Below are positions 24,268-33,748 of a DNA stretch of 33,748 nt, one piece after another; positions within the stretch are counted from its first letter, which is position 1, and each line of letters begins with the position of its first letter. Below the pieces are notes generated by a model. The model was not told the origin of the DNA. It ran no database searches and saw only the letters and a program-made list of their open reading frames with translations. The position numbers and the translations under genes are program-made. The DNA comes from Hyphochytrium catenoides (lineage: Eukaryota > Protista > Hyphochytriomycota): contig FLMG01002800.1 of the NCBI GenBank assembly GCA_900088475.1, positions 1 through 33,748 of the forward strand. Direction: 5' to 3'.

Positions 24268-25626
24268 TCAACTCTTTTCACTTCTTGGTTTTGCTTCTCT
24301 CCTTTCACTCTGATCCTGCCTCTCTTCATCTTCAATCATCGCGTTCCTGCTAAATAGCGAACCTTCTCTCTGCTTCTCTTCTTTCCCTTCCTCCTTTCTC
24401 CTCGGACTGTCAGCGGATCCTGGCCTTCTAGTGCTGCCTGGTTGGTGCTCCACCTTCACCTTTTGTAAGGAGCGGAGCAAGCGAGTGAGGGGAGAAGGAG
24501 AGAGAAGGAGAAGGCTCATGATGTATAGGCAGGCAGATCTAGACGCACAACATGAAAAGGAAAAACTAGACAAACTAAGAGTGCGCGGGAGAGAGAAGAG
24601 AAGAGAAGAGAAGAGGGAGAGAGACACCCAGGAAAAGAGAGAAAGAGATAGAAAAAGCGAGAGAGAGAGAGCCAGAGAAAGAGAGAATAAGACGGAATTG
24701 GGAAGTGAGTGGTGAAGAAGCTGTCCGAAGGTCGATGAACAAACAGCTCAAGGAGCAGGCGGTCTGTCTCTATCCAGCCCCGAAAAGAGAGAGAACACGT
24801 GGCCGAGCAAGGGAGAGAGAGAGCCATGCTCCAGGCCAGAGAATCTTACCTTTCTTGGACTCTTTCGACTGGGAGAAGAACTGGAAAATGAGCTCGCTCG
24901 TATCATCTCTTCTTTTCGCGACAAAGACAGTGAAGAAGGAGAAGATGGGAAGGGAAGAGTTTCCTTTGTTAGGAAGATTAAGGAAAATGCACCGATGTAA
25001 TTCAGGGAATAAGGAGAAAGGAAACAACCAGAGCTAAAGAGGAGAGACAGAAAAAAGAACGAGAGAGAGAGAGGGCGACCAGGAGAGAGAGAAGTTGACC
25101 CAGGAGATGTGATCAGTGGAGCTTGGGTGTCGGGAGCGAGAGGCAAGCGGCAGAACAACCTCTACATCTAGAGGAGGAAGGAGCAATGGAAAACGACAAG
25201 AGAAAAGAAGAGAAAAAAGAGAGAGAGAAAAGAAATAGAGAGAGATAGAGGGGAAAAGAAGAGAAAGAGAAGAGCAACAGAGGCGGAGAGAACAGATGAG
25301 GAGTGTGGTTCGGCACTGTTGCGGATCAAAGCAAGAGAGAAGACGGGACGGGTAGCTCGAAATCTTCCTGGCCCGAAGAGGATAAGATGGGAACCCTCAG
25401 GGCCACGGGAAAGGCTGCGGCATGCCATTAGAGCAACTGATATCATGCTATCTCGATAGTACGAGGAAACAAGCAACAGCATTGAGCGAGAGAGTGGGGG
25501 ACAGTAAGAGAAAGGGGAGAGAGTGACAGAAAGAGAACAAAGAGAGAGAGAGATACATATGTATATATATATAGAGAGAGAGATACATAGAGAGAGAGCG
25601 AGAGCGAGAGCGAGAGCGAGAGCGAG

Positions 25627-25667
<41 letters not shown>

Positions 25668-28600
25668 GAGAGAGAGAGAGAGGAAGAACAGGTCATGGCA
25701 GGGCGAAACGGCAGATCGTTTTACAGGAGGACTAAGAATGACTATTAACCCGAGACGCAGATAAACCGAGACCATTCCAATTTGTATCCCTTTACACATA
25801 GTATCTAACGAAAATAAGCCCGGGTCGAGACCTGAATCTTTAACCCGGGTGTTCCATGGGTGTTACAGTCATTCCTGTGCTGAGAAGTGCTTTCCCTTTG
25901 TCGGAGAGTGCCCGCACCATGCGCCGTCTCCCATCTCTCGCGTCCCTGTCCCAGTCCTCTCCTTCTGGCTCTTCTCTATCTTTGTAAGGCGAGGAAGAAG
26001 AACGTTGGCTTCGTTGTTGCTCTTGATGATAAGGAAGAGAGGTGCGTTCGTTCTCTTCTCTGTCTGCTGATCTCTGACTGTGAATTTGTTGCTCGATGCT
26101 CAGGGCTTCAAGCGGTGGCATCTCTAGGGGTGAAGGCAGCGAGACCAGTCTCTCTCTGCTACTCTCGTTCCCTCCACGAACAAGCTCTTCTTCTTCGTCA
26201 TCATCTACCTCTTCTCTCTGCCCTTCCACAGAGCCAGTGCCTATAATAAATAATTGCTTCCCAAGATGTCCTGCATCGTCCTGTGCGGCTAGTACGCCCT
26301 CATCGGTAGCAGGAGAGCGGATGACAGCCAGAGAGCTTTGGGGCCTAACAAAAGTGGACCCTAATCGTGGAGGAGAGATCCGTGGCCGTCATTTTCCAGA
26401 AGGAGTAGAAAGAAAAGAAAGGGAAGAGTGTAGCGTGCAGAGAAACAATCGCGATGGCCTGGCCTCAAAAAGAGAAAAAGGCGGCTCACCTATGCTCAAC
26501 AAAGATTAGCGGTGTACAGTGTGAACACACAGATATAGGATAGGCTATCATTTGACAGCATGATAGCCCGACATGGGCCTTTAAGAAGTACATGGCAACA
26601 CTGAGACCCACCTCCTCTCCTCGCGCTTCGAAGGCTTTCGTCTCCTGTTTTTTCTCTGATAAATCTGAGACGGGCTATCGATGCTTGAGTCTGGAACTTT
26701 AGTCTCTCCTCTGCCTCCTTCACCTTCTCGCTCTTCAATATGTCCGAGACCAGCTGCAGGTCCCACAGCGTCCACAGGTTATGTCCCAGCGCAGGCAACC
26801 GGACCCCAGCCGCGTCATTCCTTTGCGTAAATGGGAGGGTCGAGAGGAGAGGAAAGGCAACCTTCAGGAGTCGATCATGCAGTGTGAGCATCGACGTCGT
26901 CGTACACAGGCAACGGAGAGCGGAGAGCTCTCTGCAGTGTGAGCAAGATGTCGAAGCCCAGCCCGACTAATAGACAGAAAAACTTCATGGCTGAGGACCA
27001 TTACATAGCTAAATTGCACCAGCCTCTTGCAGCCCAAGTGGAAGCGTAGTCTCTATAAACGAAGAGTATGTCCTCACCGTATCCATTGCTGGCTAGCACT
27101 TGATTGTGCGATAGAAGCAATTTGTACCAAGAAAGGGGCAGTTTTTCCTCCCTTCAGTACTTCGTGGAACTTGTCTCTTAGACGCGCCATCACCGTTGAA
27201 AACATCATTTCATTCGCATCCAGCTCTACGAATGTAGCATCAAACAACCGAAAGAGTCCGCTAAAGATCTGGTAAAGACGAAGATGCACAGATAGAGAGG
27301 AAAGATAGAGTTGAAGCGCAAACGAGGGAAGAGAGAGCGACAGGGAGAGAGAGAGAGTGAGACGAAAGCGAGAGAGTAAGAGAGCGTGGAGAAAGAGAAA
27401 TGAAGGGTACAAGGCAAAAAGTGAACAAGGTCAGAAAGATATAGATGGACTTGTGCTGTAAACCTTAGACCACCAGTTAGACCTGCAGCCAACTACGGCC
27501 GGCCCTAATGAACCCTCGCTTGTAAATACTGTCTAACCCTTCCCACGCTTCATCCGTACCCCTAAACCTTCACTCCCAGGGCAGGGCTTTCTATGTCCTG
27601 CTAGGTCAGGGTCGTCCTCCCTCTCATGCAGATTTCTTTGCAGTGCACACTCCATCCTTACTTTTGTCTCGCCTTATTGTTCTCCTTACCTCATAGAAGC
27701 CTGCTTTCGTGGCGAAGAGGGACCAGAAGATATCTGGTTGTCTCTTGACAGAAATAGACGCTCTCGCCTCGTCCAGTTCTCTTCTTCCAAAGCGCACCAT
27801 CTTTCCCACGTCTATCCCTAAGAACTCCGCGAAGATCATCCTGCAGAGGTTCACTCCTACAATGGCCCACGAGTAGGAACCTCTCGCAATGAGCTCTAGC
27901 GCATCTCCTCTGTGTACCTCGCAGATGTACACAAGGCTCTTTAGAGCTAACACTCCTCCGCCTCTAAGATCGCTGCAAGGGTCATCTTTCTGAAAGCCTA
28001 ACAATCGCCATTCTAATGATTGTCGGCAATAGGGAATGATAAATGGCGTGATATCTATCTCCGCTCGCTGGCAATGGACACCAAGGACAAGATCAAGAGA
28101 AGAAGGTCAGTTTCAGGATGGAAGAAGCGCTAGAGCCCGGACGAGCAGAGAATCGTAGTCGCAGAGGCAGAGCCGCTGATAACGAAGGGGGAGCGGAATG
28201 TCAACTTTACCTAGCCATAGAGACAGGCATAGAGACAGGCAAGAGGCAGAGAAAGAAAGACCTGTGCACTTTGAAAGGACAGAGAACTGCTTACTTAAGA
28301 GGCACTCATAGTTAGACAGAATAAGCGAGGTGCAAGGAGAAGACAGAAGAAGTCCTGCTTCTGACTTACAGAGTAGTTCTGTGGGTAGACGCCTGCCCAC
28401 AGTCTCCTCAATAAAAACTCGTGCTTCTCCTCTTGGAACGCTGTCTTTAGTTCTATCAGAAGGGTGAGTGCGGTCTTTATCTCCTGTTTGGAAGGGTAGC
28501 GCTTCTCAATGTTGGCACGTAGATCCTCGATCCCCGCGGAGAGAGACTTTTTAACTGCCTTCGTCAGCCACATCGTGCCTCGGGGCAGGAAGGGAGAGAG

Positions 28601-29169
28601 ATACGAGCAGACACAAGGAGGCAAAGGACTGCCAACAGAGATGTGGACCAACGGACTGCCCTTGAGGGGAAGGACAGTTGCTAGCAGAAGAAATGGATCA
28701 ACACTGTTGTCCAGATGTTCAAGGTCAAAGCACAATCCTTAAAGATAGTTCTAGAGAGGAGAGAGAGAGAGGTAAGAGAGAGAGGAGAGAGAGAAGCAGA
28801 TTTTGTCTCCTAACTAGGCTGCTATCTGTCGGAAGACAGAAAGAAGATGCTAGGGCTGAGGTGAAGATGCCCCCACATCTAGAGCAAGGAGCAACGTCCA
28901 CCCTTTTCCTCCTCGTGCACTATTTTCTTTGCCAATGGCTAGTCTTCTGTCTCTTGGCTACTGTTGCTCTTGGTCCTTCTTCGACATTTCTCTTCTCCTC
29001 CTTCTTCCTCTCCTTCTAGCGCTTCCTTGACGCCGTGCCGTCTCTTGACGGCGTTCTCGCACTGTCTCAGCTCCTCTGTATCTACGATTGACAACGCTGG
29101 CTCTGTCTCTCTCTCGTCCTCTTCTCTCTGTCCCAAACTCTTCCAGGGCTTCTGACAGCACGTTCCCAT
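24268..29169 (-). CDS. ELMO/CED-12 (ELMOD-type) domain protein with MGxCC N-terminus and long C-terminal extension (possible PH-like domain); multi-exon, both ends uncertain
   Basis: Core exons: ~28580-28370 (HEFLLRRLWAGVYP), ~28067-27690 (EWRLLGFQKDDPCSDLRGGGVLALKSLVY...YSWAIVGVNL), 27268-27078 (FRLFDATFVELDANEMMFSTVM). Phase-consistent continuation 26931-26612, 26360-25867, 25804-25750. Further probable exons near 25.4, 25.1, 24.9 and 24.75 kb, and a last exon ending at TGA 24268. Probable start MGTCC at 29169; its splice to the core is not resolved. Confidence 0.75.
25559..25682 (+). repeat. Compound (TA)n-(GAGAGC)n-(GA)n microsatellite in an ELMO-gene intron
   Basis: Seen directly. Confidence 0.95.
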
Positions 29170-29874
29170 GTCCTTTCTCTTCTCTCTCTTCTCTTCTCTT
29201 CTCTTCTCTTCTCTGTCTCTCTTTCTGGGCCTGTCTAGGCTGCACCTTTCCCACATTCCGCTTTTCTATTTCTCGTATTCTCTGTCTGTTCCTGTTCCCA
29301 CCCTTTTTCCTATTATTCCTATTATTGGCGTGTAGCTTTAGATATCTCTTCGCCCTCTGTCTACCAAATGTCTCTCTCACCGAGACGTTTATATCTCTAC
29401 AACCTCTGTCTCGTTATGAAAGGGTGTTGTGAAGGTGCTCTCAAAACTCTTTCTTATCTGTCTCTTCCCCTCTGATGATGGCTGGCCTTCAGGTCTAATC
29501 TGGCTCTTTGGGTCCAAAACCTCTATGAGTACTATACCTTACCTTAATCGTCAGATATCTCTTACAAGCGCACAGCTCTATTCAAGAACCGGTTCCTATC
29601 AAATACACTATGACTTAAAATCAGACACAGCATCAACAGTAAGTCGCACTTGCGTCAGGCAAGTCATAAGTCATAGCCTCCATTCCCAATAAAAATAAGG
29701 AATTATAGCTTAATATATCAAGAATCATTAGAAGTGTATTCAGAATCGTCATACCTCCCACTCCATCCCCAGGAGCAAGGACTCCGTTACATTGAGAACA
29801 GGATAACAATTTGTCTTTTCGATGGCTCCACTCGTACGCTTCCCTCCTCTCTCACTCTTACTCTTTCCTCTTCC

Positions 29875-29887
29875 CTCTCTCTCTTTC

Positions 29888-29956
<69 letters not shown>

Positions 29957-29995
29957 CTCGCCTTCTTTCTCTCTCGCTCGCTCTTTCTCTCTCCT
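29875..29995 (+). repeat. (CT)n microsatellite (~30 perfect units) between the divergent ELMO and IQ genes
   Basis: Seen directly. Confidence 0.95.
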
Positions 29996-30228
29996 CCTCC
30001 TTCTCCTCGCCTCTCTTCTCCTGTTCCTTTCGTTAGCTTTCGCCTTCTCATCAAAGGTCTCCGTATCTAATCTCCGCGCATTTCTCTCCCCTCGACCCAA
30101 CTCTTCATAGAGGTGAGAGCGTTATGCCCTCCTCACTCAACCCACAGGCCCGCTCTTGGCAAGGCTGCTAGCTCTTCTCCCTGGCGCCCTGGCCACCGCT
30201 CGGAGAGGATGTAAGAAGGGCTGAGAGT

Positions 30229-32684
30229 ATGTCCACCAGGAAAGAGGCTCGGTCCGATATCCATGGGGAAGAGACAGCAGAAGAAGCCCAGCAGGGTCCT
30301 TCATCATTGAGAAGAGCAGCAGAATGGGGCCAAGTGGTAGGAAATGTGTTGTCGCTTTGCTCTCCACATTTGTTGACTAGANNNNNNNNNNNNNNNNNNN
30401 NNNNGTTGCGCTGTGACTCGATAGCTTTGACTCTGTCCTTGCTTCTCTTCTCAGTTCTTTCTGGTTTCTGTATCCCTTTCTTTCTTTGCTTTGCCTCTCT
30501 CTCGCTACCACTTCGTGTGCTATCATTGCTGTCTTTCCTGTTTTCTCTCTCTTCATGCTCCTCTTACTCCTCGCCAATCTCTTCCTTTCTGCCTCTTACT
30601 CTATCTGCATGCTAACCTTCCTTCTCTTCTCTTCTCTTTCTAGGAGAAGTATCCTCTCTCTCGCCAGATCTGTTACATTGACCAAGAAACAGGAAAAGCA
30701 GTCATCCGAAGTCTCTCTCTTTCTTCTCCCTCGTTCAAGTCTTCGCTTCCGTCTCCGTCTCTTGCAGTCAAATTTCAAGAGTTTGATGCGCAGCAAGATG
30801 AAAAGATCGCTGCCCTTCGACAGCTTATTTCCTCTCTCTCTCCTTCTGCCACAACCTCTCTCTCTCCCTCTCTGTCTCCGACGGGCCCTACCTTGGTGGG
30901 AAAGGGGAGAAGAGAGAGGGAGGACGGGGCTGGAAAGAGAGAAACGTCAACAGAGGTTGTCTCTCTACATCGTTCTGAGCCTGTCAACTATTTGGAAATA
31001 AGACAGAATGAGGCTAGCAAGAGAGCCAGCATGCGTAACAAGGGAAAGCGAACACTTCCTTCTTCCGCTCTCTCTTCCTCTCTCTCTCCAACTCACTCTT
31101 CCCCTGTTCCACCCCCTCTCTCTTTCTCTTCTCGTGCCCCTATGCCACTTTCTCTCTCCGGTGAAGGGAACCCATATGAAGCCCTTCAAAAGCTCCAGAA
31201 GACAGATCCGGCAAGGCCTCTCCCTTCTCCCTCTAACGCAGACCTTTCTCTCCCTTTAATTCTTCCTTTCTCCGAGAATTTGCTTTCCTCTTCGGCTGCT
31301 CCGACCTTTCTCTCTTCCTCTTCATTTGAAGAGAAAGAAGAAACAGGAGAGAGAGAAGCCAATGTGAGTTTGCCGCCTCTTAGCGGGGGAGAGCGGACAC
31401 CACGAAAGGAGAGAATGAAAGAGAGAGATAAGGAGATGAAGAAAGGCCAACAGAGCGCAAAGAGACAGAGCGGAGACAGAGAGAGGGAGAAACTGAAGAG
31501 AAGGAGAAGCGAGAGTAATCAGCATCTTTCTGGTCCTCAGCTCTCTCCCCGCGCCATGGAAGTGCTGAAGGCTAACGAAGAGCTCATTACAAAGCTAAAG
31601 GAAGAGGCAGAGAAGGAGAGAGAAGGAGAGAAACGAGAGAGAGAGAACACTAAGCGGCAATTGCAGCGCTTACGATACCAGTTGGGATTCGAACTGTTGG
31701 AGAAGACCTTGAGCCGATTCTGGAAGAAGAACAATCTCTCTCTGGCCATGAGGAAATGGACTGCGTTTACGGAGCATGAGAGAGAAGCATGTAAGACTAA
31801 GAGGAGAGAGAGACGAGAAAGAGAAGGGGGAGAGAGAGGACGATCTTGCCTTATGGCTTTCCTTCGCTCCGGATAGCTGTGTTACCCTTTCCTAACGCTT
31901 ACTCTTTCTTACCTCCCGGAGTCTCTTCAGTCACTTTCTCCACTGTCTTCCAGCCTCTCTCCTTCCTTTTGTTTTCTTTCCTCCTCACGTCATCCTCATC
32001 TTTCTCTCATCCCTTGTCCGTCTCTCGATGTCTCTACTTCTTCCATCTGTCTCTCCCTGTCGCTGTTTTTATCTTTCCTATGTGGATATAGTAACTTTGC
32101 CCAATTGAGTGTCCACTCGTGGCGGACGTCCACCAGAAGACGCTGTCTACTCTCCTTCTTCCGCTGTCACTGCCATTTCTCTCTTTCTCTCTCTCTCACT
32201 CTCTCTCTCTCATTGTTCCCCTCTAGACGCTGCAAGGCACTGGCTTGAGAGTCGAGCAAGGGTTATACAGCGCGCCTACCGAGCTTACAAGCAAAGAGAA
32301 GAAGAGAGAAAAAGAGGTGCCACGTGCATTCAGAGCACAGCAAGGATGTTTCTCGCCAGAAGGGAGAGAGAAAGAAGAAGAAGAGAGAGAGCAGCCACAG
32401 ACATTCAAAGAGTAATCAGAGGATGGCTAGCAAGAGAAAAGGTAACGCAGTCATCCACCTTGCGAGTTTACTCTTACTCTCTCTCTCTCGCTCGCTCTCT
32501 GCGCCGCGCCTGCAGCCTTACCCCATATCGCTCTCTTTCTCTGTCTTCCTTTCACCCTGTCCGTGTCCTCTCTCTTCATCCTTGAGGAGCTATTGGTTTT
32601 CCGCAGCAGCTCTCTCAAAAGACGTCTCTTCTATCACTTTTGGATTGTACCTTCTTGGTCCCTTATCAGGTCTTCCTTGCAAAC

Positions 32685-32751
<67 letters not shown>

Positions 32752-33487
32752 GCTTCTTATCTTTCTGTTTGATCTATTATCTCTCCATCTCTAAGCTAAA
32801 AGAAATGCTTGGCCAAGAACTTAAGAGCGTGCTTTCAACTCTGTCGGAGAGGGAGAGAGACCGGTTTATCGAGGCAAGCTTTTTAGCTTCCGTCCTCGAG
32901 AAGCAGAGCCAAGGGTCAAAGAAGGCAAGAGGTAAAGAAAACATGAGAGAGGAAGAGATTGAGCAAATGAGATGGAGAGAGTGAGAGAGAGAGACACCCA
33001 GGATAGTTGGGACAATGGCTTAAAAAGGAGAAGACGGCCATCTTTCCCTCCCCTATCTCTTTACACTACGGATATACGTGAAAATCTACTTGCAGACATG
33101 TATTAGCCCCGCTCTCTACCTTTCCCTCTTCTCACTGGATTCCCATCTTCCTTCGTTCTCACTTCTTTTGTTGTTGTTGGTTCTCTCTCTCTCTCTCTCT
33201 CNNNNNNNNNNNNNNNNNNNNNNNNNNNNNNNNNNNNNNNNNNNGTCCTGCGATATATTGAGAGGAGGGAGACAAGAAGAGAAAGAGACAAAGCAAAGGA
33301 TATAACTCCGGCTAGAGAATCCCATCACCAAGAGAGAGAGAGAGAGGAAAGAGAGACAAGAGAAGAACCAGAGTCGAGAGAAGAAAAAGAGGAAGCACAG
33401 GAAGCACTAGATATGCCAGCTGCTGGCGGAATCATGGACGAAAGAAAGAGAATGCTCCAAGCTCACGCCCAAGCTCATGCCGCGCGG
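30229..33487 (+). CDS. IQ-motif (calmodulin/centrin-binding) coiled-coil protein, multi-exon, probably 3'-incomplete
   Basis: Exons 30229-30336, 30644-31790 and 32227-32441 are phase-consistent. Exon 3 has three IQ motifs (ARVIQRAYRAY, ATCIQSTARMF, AATDIQRVIRGW). Probable further exons at ~32588-32647, 32796-~32931 and ~33245-33487 (after an N gap). Confidence 0.7.
32692..32751 (+). repeat. (CT)n microsatellite in an IQ-gene intron
   Basis: Seen directly. Confidence 0.95.
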
Positions 33488-33695
33488 GTCAGTAGATTAA
33501 CGGAGATCTGATAATGTTTGTGTGAGTGAGACGGACAGACAGGAGAGAGACAGAGAGAGACACACACAGGAAGAGAGAGAGAGAGAACGAGCAAGAGAGA
33601 AAAGATGGAGAGAGGGTAAGAGAACTGAGAAAGAGGGAAGGATAGAGGAGAGAGAGGCGTGAGAATGAGAGAGAGAGAATAAGATGAAGAGAAGA

Positions 33696-33735
<40 letters not shown>

Positions 33736-33748
33736 CAGAGAAAAAAAG

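Noticed and set aside
26878-26945. 13-bp direct repeat TGCAGTGTGAGCA near an ELMO splice acceptor
   Set aside because: Two short copies with no element structure; probably chance or a local duplication.
27495-27580. Telomere-like CCCTAA/CCCTAAA words in an ELMO intron
   Set aside because: Only a few scattered, non-tandem units.
16400-33748. Dozens of short SLSL-, ERER- or hydrophobic-rich ORFs
   Set aside because: They are translations of (CT)/(GA) repeats, which lack stops, or antisense shadows of real exons.
1-33748. CRISPR array, rRNA, tRNA, prokaryotic operon
   Set aside because: No repeat-spacer periodicity or RNA-gene signatures were seen, and the sequence is intron-containing eukaryotic DNA.

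Overview
Eukaryotic (protist, probably stramenopile-type) genomic DNA with GT-AG spliceosomal introns, abundant (AG)/(CT) microsatellites and three short N gaps. Most short ORFs in the supplied track are artefacts of these repeats. Manual splicing supports six genes: (1) a 2-exon, ~1892-aa RWD + PARP-like (H-Y-E) ADP-ribosyltransferase + vWA + long unknown C-terminal protein (-); (2) a PX-domain protein (-); (3) a 4-exon folate/biopterin (BT1/FBT-like) MFS transporter (+); (4) a ~10-exon divergent Tubby-domain gene (-) that no single ORF in the track captures; (5) a multi-exon ELMO/CED-12-domain gene with an MGxCC N-terminus and a possible PH-like tail (-); (6) an IQ-motif coiled-coil gene (+), probably running out of the window. 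The regions 0.5-3.1, 9-10.5 and 12.5-16.5 kb look like decayed coding/TE relics that I cannot identify. The best candidate for novel biology is the RWD-ART-vWA giant protein. All domain calls come from motif recognition by eye; no database search was run.
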